A stretch of DNA of 63,842 nucleotides, filler included, from Thraustochytrium aureum (GCA_012862495.1; 4 parts of 2 records of this genome joined end to end with filler, not necessarily neighbours in it), one strand, 5' to 3'; shown: positions 22,642-34,091, counted from the first letter of the whole stretch. Made by a program: numbers and translations. Notes: generated by a model from the letters alone, not told the origin.

Positions 22642-23548
22642 AAAACCAGAATCGGGAGCCGGACGACCGCAGGTCTGGCAAGGCGCCGCGCAAAACGCCG
22701 CTCGAGGCAGACGACTCTGCCGAGAGCCTGGTCCTAGAAGACTATGAGGAAGAGCGCGACCGCTGGCCCACGGCGAAGAAAGCATTCGGCTGGCGCTTCT
22801 CGAGCCGGAGCAGCATCGTGCACTCGACGAGCGCAAGCACCACGCAAGAGTCCTCAGGGTCCACGCCTCGCTCGCTGGAGCGCCCAATGTTTTTGCGCAG
22901 GACAGGCAGCGACGCCCCGGCCTATCACATCTCGCGCAGCCTCCCGCGATACCCTTCGACGCCTTCCTCGATCGGCGGGTCGACCTTCTTCACCGACCTC
23001 AAGCGCGTCGACTCTGTCCTGCAAGAAACCGAGAGGTCAAGGCCGAGCGCCAGGCCGACGACCTGGTCGACGTTCGCCAAGCCGTGAGNNNNNNNNNNNN
23101 NNNNNNNNNNNNNNNNNNNNNNNNNNNNNNNNNNNNNNNNNNNNNNNNNNNNNNNNNNNNNNNNNNNNNNNNNNNNNNNNNNNNNNNNNNNNNNNNNNNN
23201 NNGTCCACGCCGGCTCGGGGCATGGCCGCAAGGACCTCGACTGGCGCTTGACGCGGTCGGGCTGGCGGGCGCGACCAAAGTCCGGACGCGGCCCCAAGTC
23301 GCACGTTTCGGACAAGTTGTCCACTTCGTGCAAAGCACGCACACTGTGCCAGATCCCCGACGCGGCCGAGTGGAAGGAAGCGCGTGTGGCTTGAAGGCGG
23401 CAGGAGCGACGCGGGCCTGAGACGCGCGGTGCGAGGTCGTTGTCACTGGCTGGTTGGCTGGCTGGCCGACTGCCCGAGCGATCGCTGCGCAAAGGCAGAG
23501 CGTTGGCGGGGGTCGTGGATTCCGTCGTTCCGACGATCTTGGCAAGAA

Positions 23549-24559
23549 ATGGCGCCTCTGGCGACGGAGGACTCGCTGGGGTCTTCGAGCACGTGCGAGG
23601 ATGTGGCCGAGGCCTGCCCTGCGGGCGCTGCCCAGATGGCCGAGTCCACCGTGATCGTGACCGGGGCGAATACCGGGATCGGAGCAGAGACCGCCAAGCA
23701 GCTCGCCAAGCTGGGAGCCCACGTTGTCCTTGCCTGCCGCAGCGAGGCCAAAGCCGAAGAGGCCCGCAAGGCCATGGTCAGCGAGGACGCAGCGCTCGAG
23801 GGCCGTGTTGTGTTCCTGGCTCTCGACTTGGGCGACCTCGAGTCCGTATCCGCCTTTGCAAGCGCGTTTCTGGAGCGGGCTCAGCGCGAGTCGTGGCCCC
23901 CGCTGCGCTGCCTGATCCTCAACGCAGGCATCTTTCCGACGGCGGCTTCCAGGTCCAAGCAGGGCTTTGAAATGTGCTTTGCAGTCAACCACCTGGCGCA
24001 CTTTGCGCTTACGCAGGCCCTGCTCCCGACGCTTCGGCGCAACGCGCCGTCCCGCGTGGTCGTGGTCGCTTCTGGCTCGCACTACGCGCACAAGTTGACC
24101 AAAACGCTCGAGAACAAGGAGGAGGTCAAGGAGCAAATCGCGCTAAAGGAGCGCGCGACGCTGTCGGTGCGCGAAGGCGCCGACGTGTATGCCGCCAGCA
24201 AGCTCTGCAACGTCGCCTTCGCGCAAGAGCTCTCGCGGCGCGAGGCGGCCAACGGGGTGGCGGCTTGCTCCCTGCATCCGGGCACTCTGATTGCGACGGA
24301 CATTGCGCGCGACTTCAACATGGTCGTTCGGTTTCTCTACAAGTACGTGCTGTCGAACTTTACCAAGTCGATCAACCAGGGCGCGTCCACGACCTTGCTC
24401 TGTGCGCTCACCGACCACGAGCGCCTTCAGGGCGCGTACTTTGACTCGTGCCAACGCAAGCCCGCGAGCCGCAAGGTGACGCCCGAGGGGGCCGCGGCGC
24501 TCTGGGAGCTCAGCGAGGAGCTTCTTGCAAGCGGCGCGGTCGCAGACTCGCGACTCTGA
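23549..24559 (+). CDS. Short-chain dehydrogenase/reductase, retinol dehydrogenase/WWOX-like
   Basis: VTGANTGIG, LDLGDLESV, LILNAGI, FAVNHLAHF, RVVVVASGSH, YAASK, SLHPG. Confidence 0.93.
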   Translation: MAPLATEDSLGSSSTCEDVAEACPAGAAQMAESTVIVTGANTGIGAETAKQLAKLGAHVVLACRSEAKAEEARKAMVSEDAALEGRVVFLALDLGDLESVSAFASAFLERAQRESWPPLRCLILNAGIFPTAASRSKQGFEMCFAVNHLAHFALTQALLPTLRRNAPSRVVVVASGSHYAHKLTKTLENKEEVKEQIALKERATLSVREGADVYAASKLCNVAFAQELSRREAANGVAACSLHPGTLIATDIARDFNMVVRFLYKYVLSNFTKSINQGASTTLLCALTDHERLQGAYFDSCQRKPASRKVTPEGAAALWELSEELLASGAVADSRL

Positions 24560-25135
24560 AAGCGGGCCCAGCAGCCTTCAAGGCGCTGCGCCCAAGGCTA
24601 GCAGCGCTGGCGGGCCGAGCGCGCCATGATGCGCGCCAGCCAGGGCCTGGCAAGTCAGCCCTTGCCCTAACAAAACTTTGTCCAGACCACGGCAAGGATG
24701 CCGAGCATGCAGCCGGCGGCGGCCGCGCCCTGCGTCCCGCCCCGAGACTTGCGTTTTCCTGGCAAGCGGCAGCGCACGAGAAACGAGCCTTGGCCGCCGC
24801 GTCACGGGGTCTTCAGCACTTGCAAGGTGGCTCTCGCGGCGCCGCCTGCGCCAGCGCTGCCCGCTCTGCGCCAGCGCAGCCCGCTCTGCAAGGAACCCAT
24901 CACGAGCAGTGGCTCTCCCGCGCCACGCCGCCCCGCAGAGCGGTGGCGCGCTGCGCTTGGGCGACCGCTCGAGGAACGTGCAGCGTTTCAACCCACAGCG
25001 TCGGAATGGAATGGCTTGGGCGCCTTTGGCACACTCGACGCGCAGACGACAAAGGCGCCCGCTGAGCTCGCTCGCTCGCTCGCTCGCTCCAGGACCTCGT
25101 TGACTTGACTGGGCTCCGGCGCGCGGCGCTGAAAC

Positions 25136-26144
25136 ATGGTGCTGCGAGCCAAGAGCCTCGAGGAGCTCCCGCGCGTCGAGGCCTGGAAGGCGCGTGGCGA
25201 GCTGGCCCAAGTCGACGGCGTCGAGCTGTTCTACGTGGCGACGCAGGCGTTTGCCGAGAGCGACGCCGCGAAGCCCCTGCTGGTGCTCGTACACGGGTAT
25301 CCAACGGCTTCGTTTGACTTTATCAAGATCCTGCCCGAGCTCGAGGCGCGCTTCGAAGTTTTGTGCTGGGACATGTGCGGGTATGGGCTGTCGACCAAGC
25401 GCTATGCCAGCGTGAGGCGCCAGGTCGAGCTCCTGGAGGGCCTGCTTGAGCAGCGCTTTGGGGCCTCGACGAGCGAGCCCCCTGGCTTTCCATGTCTTGA
25501 GCCACGACCTTGGTGACACGGTCATGCAGGAGATGCTCGCCCGCGTGCACGAGGCGCAGGACGGTGCGGCGAAATGCAATTTTGACGTGCAGAGCGTGGT
25601 CGCGCTTAATGGGGGGCTGCTCCCTGGGCAGCACCGGCCGACGCTGATCCAGCGCCTGCTTATCAATCGTTGGGTGGGCCCGCTGGCAGCAATGTTTGTG
25701 GGCATTGCGATTTTCAAGATTTCCCTTTCCAAGGTCTTTGGCCCGGACACCAAGCCCTCCGACGAGGAAGTAGAGGAACTCTACTACCTGGCTAGCTGCA
25801 ACGGCGGCGACTCGCTGGTCTCGGTCAACATTCGGTACATGCAAGACCGCGTGGAGAACAAGGCGCGCTACGAGGGCGCCCTCAAGCGCTTTGCCGGTGC
25901 CAAGGGCGTCCTGCTCATTGACGGCCCCGCCGACCCAGTCTCGGGGCGCCACCTCGGCCTGGCTGTGCGCAACGAGGTCGCTGGCGCACAAGTCGAGTTC
26001 CTGGGCGACAACATCGGCCACTGGCCCCAGCTCGAGGACCCGCGCGGCACGCTCGACCGCTTCTTCGCGTACCACGACGCCCTGCGCCAGGGCTCTGCGG
26101 CTCCGGGACAGCTAGTAGAGGGGGAAGGGCCCAGCGCTGGATGA
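25136..26144 (+). CDS. MEST: MEST-like alpha/beta hydrolase (epoxide hydrolase-like; frameshift in C run near 25480)
   Basis: HGYPTASFDF, DMCGYGLS, SHDLGDTVMQE (Asp nucleophile), LNGGLLPGQHRP..IQRLL, GPADPVSG, IGHWPQLEDP. Confidence 0.85.
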
Positions 26145-26230
26145 ATGTCTATCTGTCCAGGGCTTTTGCTTGTTGGTAGGCTACTGAGGGTTGGTTTTCA
26201 TGAACAAGCATGTTTTGCCCTTCCAAAGAT

Positions 26231-27684
26231 CTACACCTCATTCGGGTTCGGCACAGCCCGTCCGCGGAAGCTGTAGGGGCGCGTCGGCAAGTTGGTGAAC
26301 CACTGCGATACGCGCTGCACCCTCCCCGTCGGCGCCGCAGCGAACGACGTCGCTGCGCCCATCGGGGCCAGGGCCTGCCCATTCTTGGAGTAGACGTCTA
26401 CGCCGTCCTGTCGGCCAGCGCGCCGGGCTCGAACGAAAAGAGCAGCGAACATGGCCACCAATGCAATCCCACCACCGGCTAGTCCGAGGACGAGTCCCAG
26501 AGAGCCCGACTCGCTGGCAGCCGCAGTGGCGCGCGAGCAAAACTCGGAAAACGCAGACCCAGCCTTGCAACCNNNNNNNNNNNNNNNNNNNNNNNNNNNN
26601 NNNNNNNNNNNNNNNNNNNNNNNNNNNNNNNNNNNNNNNNNNNNNNNNNNNNNNNNNNNNNNNNNNNNNNNNNNNNNNNNNNNNNNNNNNNNNNNNNNNN
26701 NNNNNNNNNNNNNNNNNNNNNNNNNNNNNNNNNNNNNNNNNNNNNNNNNNNNNNNNNNNNNNNNNNNNNNNNNNNNNNNNNNNNNNNNNNNNNNNNNNNN
26801 NNNNNNNNNNNNNNNNNNNNNNNNNNNNNNNNNNNNNNNNNNNNNNNNNNNNNNNNNNNNNNNNNNNNNNNNNNNNNNNNNNNNNNNNNNNNNNNNNNNN
26901 NNNNNNNNNNNNNNNNNNNNNNNNNNNNNNNNNNNNNNNNNNNNNNNNNNNNNNNNNNNNNNNNNNNNNNNNNTCGACGCTGTTGCCCGTCTGGTAGTAC
27001 ATCTGGAGAACGCAGCTTTCGCAGCTCACGTTCGGGAGCTTGTAGCGCATCGTGTACTTGGGCAACGGATTAGGGGAGCATCCAGCGCTCCTTGTTACTA
27101 CTTGGTTCCGAGCATGTCCCTCCGTCCCTGCAGCAACTGCCGCGCGGGCCGTTGTCCGGCAGGTATTGGCACTTGGCATGCTCGTGCGCGTAGAACCCGG
27201 TGTCGCCTACGTAGTCGGCAGGGCCGGTCACTCCTTGGCGCATTTGCCCTGCATACTGCGACTTGGTGTAGGCTTCGTCGAACTGCAATACGTGCTTGTT
27301 CAGGCAGGCTTGCGTTAGAACCGCCTCGTCGCACAGCCGAAACTCGAACCAGCCCCAGTGGTGGGCCGTCACCGAGATCTCAATGTCGATCATCTGCCCG
27401 GCCAAAAACGTCCGCGACACGTCCGGCGTCGTCGACCCGTACGGTCCACCATCCATGAAAGACTTGCTCAGGTCGTTCGGGAGTCCACCGCACAGCCCGT
27501 GCCCGATCGCGCGGTCCGACGCCGGCCCGCCCCCACTGAACGACTGGACGTCTCCAGACCCAAGCCACCCTCCGTTATGAATGAGATTCCTCGGTGCAGG
27601 CTTGGCCATGAACACGTGCGCCTCCGAGTCCTGGACGACCGCTCCTAGCGCCAGCACCGCGACGAGCGCAGGCTGGGTCCACAT
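26231..27684 (-). CDS. Membrane-anchored AA15-like lytic polysaccharide monooxygenase with intact His-brace (frameshift near 27074, internal gap)
   Basis: Signal peptide ..DSEA|HVFMAKPAPRN (His1), GHGLCGG, TAHHWGWFEFRLC, YKLPNVSCESCVLQMYYQTGNS; after the gap, TM LGLVLGLAGGGIALVAMFAALFV-RARR and a short tail. Confidence 0.85.
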
Positions 27685-27785
27685 TCTCGCAAGCCTTATT
27701 GCTCTCCACAGCGACAACCGCTGCGCCGGCTCGACTCGGCAACAGCTATCGACAAGTCTAGAGTCGGGCTGCGCTGCCCGCACGA

Positions 27786-27828
27786 GCGAGATTGCGGCAC
27801 TGTACTACTACGCGAGATTGCGGCACTG
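27786..27828. repeat. 17-bp direct repeat GCGAGATTGCGGCACTG flanking TACTACTAC
   Basis: Identical copies at 27786-27802 and 27812-27828. Confidence 0.9.
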
Positions 27829-28346
27829 CCAGGGACTGGCTGGCCACCGCCGAGATGGACAGCGTGGGGCAATGGGTAAGTAAAAGAGTCTCGTGCACAA
27901 ACGAGGTCCAAGTCCATCCCGTAATTGTCGTTCCTTGTCAAGGACTGCGAGCTCGCTGCCAGTGGCCGGCAGCGCTCATTGCAGCGCCGAGCAGCTGGGG
28001 TTGCCAACTCGCCAGTGCAACGAGGAAGCCTCGGCGAGTGTGAGTGGGGTGAGCACAGCCACAAACCCAACTCGAAGATGCACACACTGCACGAGCGCAA
28101 TCTGCCAGTCCAAGCGACAGGATCCAGGGAGAAGGAAGAATGTGCAGCAAGCCGTTCGCCTCGCGCGGGGTTGGCTCTCCACAGGCATGCAAGGCAGGGG
28201 AGGGAAACCGCACGTGCGCCAACCCGGGCTTCCTGGAGTCCCTCGCACGTCGGCGGGCACGGGGGAGTGGCATCAAGGATTGATGAGAGCAAGGGGTAGC
28301 ACGTTCATCTGGTGAATGGTGAATGGTGAACAGGATCTACGACTTT

Positions 28347-29358
28347 CTACTCCTCCGCTTCTGCCACGGCAGCGGTCGGCACCGGGTCAGGTCGCCACAG
28401 CCGCACAGTGCCGTCCTCCGACCCGCTGCAGTAGATGGAAGCATCAGGCGAGTATCGGAGGCAAAAGATCGGCCCGTGGTGGCCCGTGTGACTGCGGATC
28501 TCCTTGCCCGTGCCAAAGTCAAAGAGGTGAACCCAAAGGTCAGTAGACCCGCCGCAGACAAACTGCGCGCCCGTCACGGGGTTGAGCGAGGCTCCCTCGA
28601 CCGTGATCCCCAGGTCAAAGTGCTTTTTCAACTCGAAGGTCGCGGTGTCGTAAAAGTAAACCGACTTGCCCGCTGCGACCGTGATGGTGCGCTGCGCGAC
28701 GCAGACCTCGAGGTCCTTGACCGCGTCCGGCAGAGTCCACTGCTTTAGCGCGGAATCCGGCTTCGCCGGGTCCCAGACATGAACCGAGCCGTCGTCGCAC
28801 CCGCAAATCACCAGGCCCTGCTCGTCCTCGGCGTCGGTGTTGTACACCCATGCCGCTTTGCGGATAGGCGCTTTGGCGTCCATCACGGCGACGCAGGGGT
28901 ACTCCACGGACCTGACGTCGAAAACCTTGATCAACTTTTCGTTTCCGCCCGTGAGCAGCCTGTCGTCTTGGCGATTGAACTCGACCGTCTTGACGATGTG
29001 GCCGAGCGTGAACGTGTGGATCAACTCGCCGTTCATCGCGTCGAAGAGCCGCGCGCTAAAGTCGCCGGATCCAGTCGCCACTCGAGAGGCATCGCTGCGC
29101 AAACGCAATCGGACCGAGACGCGTCAGTGGGAGCCTCGCCCGAGCCTCTGGCGCGGCGACCCGCAGCGGCCCGCGCCCTGTACTTACCTGTTGAAGCACG
29201 CCGACCAGACAGCGCCTTTGTGTCCCTCGAAGCTGCCGATCCAGTCGCCGTTGTCTCCCCAGCGCAGCATCGGCAGCTTGTCATGGCACCCGCTCACCAG
29301 GAACACGCCGTCCTCGGTCAGGTTGCTAAACCTCACGTCCACGACGGGCCGGCTGTGG
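28347..29358 (-). CDS. STRAP: WD40 protein STRAP/UNRIP (first residues in gap; one intron)
   Basis: [73 protein letters not shown]. Confidence 0.92.
29095..29187 (-). other. Spliceosomal GT-AG intron (93 bp) in STRAP
   Basis: Donor AG|GTAAGT, branch-like ACTGAC, acceptor TTTGCGCAG|; splicing restores [15 protein letters not shown] in frame. Confidence 0.88.
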
Positions 29359-30106
29359 NNNNNNNNNNNNNNNNNNNNNNNNNNNNNNNNNNNNNNNNNN
29401 NNNNNNNNNNNNNNNNNNNNNNNNNNNNNNNNNNNNNNNNNNNNNNNNNNNNNNNNNNNNNNNNNNNNNNNNNNNNNNNNNNNNNNNNNNNNNNNNNNNN
29501 NNNNNNNNNNNNNNNNNNNNNNNNNNNNNNNNNNNNNNNNNNNNNNNNNNNNNNNNNNNNNNNNNNNNNNNNNNNNNNNNNNNNNNNNNNNNNNNNNNNN
29601 NNNNNNNNNNNNNNNNNNNNNNNNNNNNNNNNNNNNNNNNNNNNNNNNNNNNNNNNNNNNNNNNNNNNNNNNNNNNNNNNNNNNNNNNNNNNNNNNNNNN
29701 NNNNNNNNNNNNNNNNNNNNNNNNNNNNNNNNNNNNNNNNNNNNNNNNNNNNNNNNNNNNNNNNNNNNNNNNNNNNNNNNNNNNNNNNNNNNNNNNNNNN
29801 NNNNNNNNNNNNNNNNNNNNNNNNNNNNNNNNNNNNNNNNNNNNNNNNNNNNNNNNNNNNNNNNNNNNNNNNNNNNNNNNNNNNNNNNNNNNNNNNNNNN
29901 NNNNNNNNNNNNNNNNNNNNNNNNNNNNNNNNNNNNNNNNNNNNNNNNNNNNNNNNNNNNNNNNNNNNNNNNNNNNNNNNNNNNNNNNNNNNNNNNNNNN
30001 NNNNNNNNNNNNNNNNNNNNNNNNNNNNNNNNNNNNNNNNNNNNNNNNNNNNNNNNNNNNNNNNNNNNNNNNNNNNNNNNNNNNNNNNNNNNNNNNNNNN
30101 NNNNNN

Positions 30107-30579
30107 AGCTGGAGAGTCTCATGACTGACACGATCAATGCCGACCCGCAGGACCGCGTGCGCGTTTCGGGCCTTCGCTTGGACGACAAGTCGGCGATGGA
30201 CGAGCTTCGCCGCGGCGAGAACGCGAAGCGAAAGCAATACACGTGCGTTGTGTGGGTCTCCAAGCCGCTGCGGGCGAGCGATCTCGCTGTACTCAATGCA
30301 GTTGAGGACTTGAAGCTGGTGCAAACGACCCCCGTCCGCGTGCTGCACACCCGGTCTGCGCTGGACCGGGAGAAGGTGATCCACTCTTGCGCGTGCGAGA
30401 TGATAAACTCGCGGTTCTTTGTCCTTCGCCTTGAGGCGTCGGCCGGGACCTACATAAAGGAGTTTGTGCACGGCGACCTGGGGCGCACCGTGCCGAGTGT
30501 GGGCCTGCTTTTGGGCTGCGAGGCGGACATTATTCAGCTTGATGTCGAGAAGGTCATTTTGGACCCGGTCGCGGGGTGA
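30107..30579 (+). CDS. PUS10: tRNA pseudouridine synthase Pus10, C-terminal part
   Basis: GENAKRKQYTCVVW, QTTPVRVLHTR, ASAGTYIKEFVHGDLGRTVPS, ADIIQLDV. Confidence 0.92.
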
Positions 30580-30871
30580 TCTCGGCCCGACAGGGGGCTT
30601 GCGCGGGCCCACCGCAGTAGAGCCAGCTGGTAGTTTCATCAAGATAGGTTGCTGTTTCGGTTTTGATCGTTTCTCAACGCGCGCCCTCCAAGCGAGCGCG
30701 CTCCAAAGGTGCTTCGTAGAATACTTGGGCCAAGGCGCATCCTTGCCTTCGCAGGACTCTGGTGCGTCGACCTGGCACCCGTGCGCTTGGGCCACACTAG
30801 AAAGCCCACCAGAATTCGATCGCGTACGCAAAGCTCGGTTCCTTGCAAGGCGAACTCGCAAGTACACGCGC

Positions 30872-32155
30872 CTATCCGCCGCCCGAATTCCCGGCAGAGC
30901 TGCTGCTGCCGCTTGTACCGCCAGGCCCAGTTTTCCTCCGCGGGGCGAGAACATTGACAGGCAAAGTCGAGGTGGAGGAGGCCCCCTTGCTCGCCGTACC
31001 ATCGCTTGCGCCCTTGCTTCGCGGAACGAGCAGGTTGACCGGCTTGGCAGCACTAGCTGGTGAAGATCCAGCCTTGCTGCGCGGAACAAGCGTGTTGACA
31101 GCGCTCGAGATCACTGTCGCAGCACCGAACGGGTTGACTGGCTCGACCGGGACGGTAACCGACTTTCCCAAGCTCGTCCTACCGGCCGCTGGCTTGCCAG
31201 CCCCTGAGGCGTCGTCCGCGTCGCCGTCTTCTTCCTCCTCGAGGTCGTCGTCTTCGTCCAGGTCCTCCTCTTCCAGGTCCTCTTCGTCCTCTTCGTCCTC
31301 GTCCTCTTCGTCATCGTCCTCCTCCTCCTCCTCTTCGTCGTCCACGTCGTCCCCTTCGTCCTCCTCGTCCTCCTCGTCGGCGCGCGTTGGGACGCGAATC
31401 CCGACGCTTGTTTTGGTGCGGCTGTCTGCTTTGTTGAGCTCTTCGGCCTCCTTCTCCACGAACTCGGTCAGGACCTTGCGCTCCGCGCTCAGAATGCTCT
31501 CGCTTACAAAGCCATTCCTCGCCTCGATCTCCTTGGTAATTTTCTCGAAATTGGCGTCTGGGGCCTGGATGGTCCGCTTGAGGGCCTGGGTCACGTAGCC
31601 TTCCTGCTCCCGCGAGGTGCCGTCCTTCGAGATGGGCACGTTGCCCGACTTTGTCGTCACTTTGGCGCTCGCGATATCGCCAACGAGGAGTGCATACTCC
31701 TTCCAGTCCTTCTCCCGCAGCTCCGAATCGTCAACAATGTCGCGGCACTTCATCACGCAGTACGGGCAGTCCCAGTACTCCTCCTCCGGCATCTCCTCGT
31801 ACTCGAGGCAGGCGAGGTGAAACGCCCTGACGCACGAGTCGCAGCACAAGAGCTCGCCGCCATCGCCGCACTCTGCGCAAAAATCGTCGTTGTCCGTGTA
31901 AATCATGCCCGAGATCTTGGCCTCGCTCGTGGAGGTGGCCCCCTCGGCCAGGAGGACGATGTGGTCGCCGCGCGGCCCTTGCCGCACCACGAGCTCCTCG
32001 GCCTCCTCCAAGCCCGCGCGCAGCATTTCGTGCCGCCTGCGCAGTGCCTTGATGCCAGCTTTGAACCGCGTGCCCTTGAGCTGCTCCAGGATGGCGCCCC
32101 AGTCGCCTTCGCCAAACTCCACGACCCCGCGCACAAGAGCGAGGTCTTGCTCTTG
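30872..32155 (-). CDS. Myb/SANT-like plus PHD finger protein with acidic tract (5' end in gap)
   Basis: LVRGVVEFGEGDWGAIL (Myb-like); NDDFCAECGDGGELLCCDSCVRAFHLACL..WDCPYC (PHD); long D/E run. Confidence 0.85.
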   Translation of the reverse strand, partial: QEQDLALVRGVVEFGEGDWGAILEQLKGTRFKAGIKALRRRHEMLRAGLEEAEELVVRQGPRGDHIVLLAEGATSTSEAKISGMIYTDNDDFCAECGDGGELLCCDSCVRAFHLACLEYEEMPEEEYWDCPYCVMKCRDIVDDSELREKDWKEYALLVGDIASAKVTTKSGNVPISKDGTSREQEGYVTQALKRTIQAPDANFEKITKEIEARNGFVSESILSAERKVLTEFVEKEAEELNKADSRTKTSVGIRVPTRADEEDEEDEGDDVDDEEEEEEDDDEEDEDEEDEEDLEEEDLDEDDDLEEEEDGDADDASGAGKPAAGRTSLGKSVTVPVEPVNPFGAATVISSAVNTLVPRSKAGSSPASAAKPVNLLVPRSKGASDGTASKGASSTSTLPVNVLAPRRKTGPGGTSGSSSSAGNSGGG

Positions 32156-32796
32156 NNNNNNNNNNNNNNNNNNNNNNNNNNNNNNNNNNNNNNNNNNNNN
32201 NNNNNNNNNNNNNNNNNNNNNNNNNNNNNNNNNNNNNNNNNNNNNNNNNNNNNNNNNNNNNNNNNNNNNNNNNNNNNNNNNNNNNNNNNNNNNNNNNNNN
32301 NNNNNNNNNNNNNNNNNNNNNNNNNNNNNNNNNNNNNNNNNNNNNNNNNNNNNNNNNNNNNNNNNNNNNNNNNNNNNNNNNNNNNNNNNNNNNNNNNNNN
32401 NNNNNNNNNNNNNNNNNNNNNNNNNNNNNNNNNNNNNNNNNNNNNNNNNNNNNNNNNNNNNNNNNNNNNNNNNNNNNNNNNNNNNNNNNNNNNNNNNNNN
32501 NNNNNNNNNNNNNNNNNNNNNNNNNNNNNNNNNNNNNNNNNNNNNNNNNNNNNNNNNNNNNNNNNNNNNNNNNNNNNNNNNNNNNNNNNNNNNNNNNNNN
32601 NNNNNNNNNNNNNNNNNNNNNNNNNNNNNNNNNNNNNNNNNNNNNNNNNNNNNNNNNNNNNNNNNNNNNNNNNNNNNNNNNNNNNNNNNNNNNNNNNNNN
32701 NNNNNNNNNNNNNNNNNNNNNNNNNNNNNNNNNNNNNNNNNNNNNNNNNNNNNNNNNNNNNNNNNNNNNNNNTTTGGTTTGGGGATCGGCCTCGGC

Positions 32797-34091
32797 ATGG
32801 CGCAGGACAGAGTCCAGGCGCTGCTGGAGCGCGTCCAAGCGCTCGAGGCGGCCTGGGGCGTCGAAGATGCGAACGCGGCGGAGCCGAGAGAGTCGTGGAC
32901 GGAACAGCGGCGGAGGGTCGTGACGGCCTGCGAGGAAAGCGGCGTGGTCGCGAGGATGGTGCGTGTGCCGCAAGGGTATTATGGGAGAGGGCTTGCGGAG
33001 CGCGCCGAGCTTGTCGGCGCGCCGTCTGTGCATCACTTGTGCAAGAGCGTGCTGTTTAAGAATACGGCGTGGGAGTCTCCGGGCGATGCGAGCCGCGAGA
33101 ACGCAGAGTACTATCTCGTCGTCGGCAATACACGGCCAAAGTGGACAGCGAGATGCTCTGCGCCTGCGTTCGCGCACTCCTGCCGGAAGGCGAGCGCCGC
33201 CCGAAGAACAAGTACGCGTTTCGACTTGCAACGAGCGAAGAGTCCGCCTCGGTGGCTGGCTTCGAGCACAACGCAGTGGCGCCGCTGGGCCTCGCGGACA
33301 AGAACGTCCCGCTGCTGGTCAGCAAGGCCGTGACCGAGCTTAACCCGCCCGTGGCCTGGCTCGGCGGCGGCGAGGTGGACCTCAAGCTGCAGGTCAACGT
33401 CTCGCAGTTTTGCTCCAAGACAGGAGCTTTCGTCGCGAGCATCAGCGTGCCGCGCGACCCGAGCGAGTTTGCCGACGTCCTGCGAGACGACAGCGTCGCG
33501 AATATCTCCGCTTGCGCCGCGGCCCCGGACATCGCCGCGCAGGCCGCGCTGTTTGATCAGCTCGACCTTCGCGTGGGCGTGATCGTTGCAGCGGAAAACC
33601 ACCCGGGGAGCGACAAGCTCCTCGTCGAGCAGATTGACGTTGGCGACGCTGCGCCTGGCGAGGAGGCGCAGACACGACAGATCCTCTCCGGCATTGCTGC
33701 GCACTATGCGCCGCAGGACCTCATCGGCAAACGCGTTGCTGTGCTCTGCAACCTCAAGGCGGCCAAGCTCGCCGGCCTCGCGTCCAACGGGATGGTCATG
33801 TGCGCCGTGAGTGCGGATCACAGCGCTCTGCGAGTCGTGGAGCCACCATCGAACGCCCCTGTTGGCGCGAGAATCGCGCTCCTCGGCGCTCCGGCGCAAG
33901 ATGCTCCCGCGAGCAGCGCGCAGATCAAGAAGAAGAAGATCCTCGAGGGCCTTCTGCCCTTGCTTGCGCTCAACTCCAACTTTCAGGCCACCTTTGACGG
34001 GTGCCCTTGGACGGTGCCTGGCTGCGGCGGGGACCCTGGCGACGCCGTATGCACGGCTGCGCCCCTGCCGCTCCCCGCGTCTGTGTCGTAG
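32797..34091 (+). CDS. YbaK/ProX-type aminoacyl-tRNA deacylase domain fused to EMAPII-like tRNA-binding domain (frameshift near 33125)
   Basis: VRVPQGYY..HLCKSVLFKNT..YYLVV/QYTAK..FRLA..GFEHNAVAPLG..WLGGGEVDLKL; then LDLRVGVI..HPGSDKLLVEQIDVG..RQILSGI..CNLKAAKLAGLASNGMVMCA. Confidence 0.87.
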
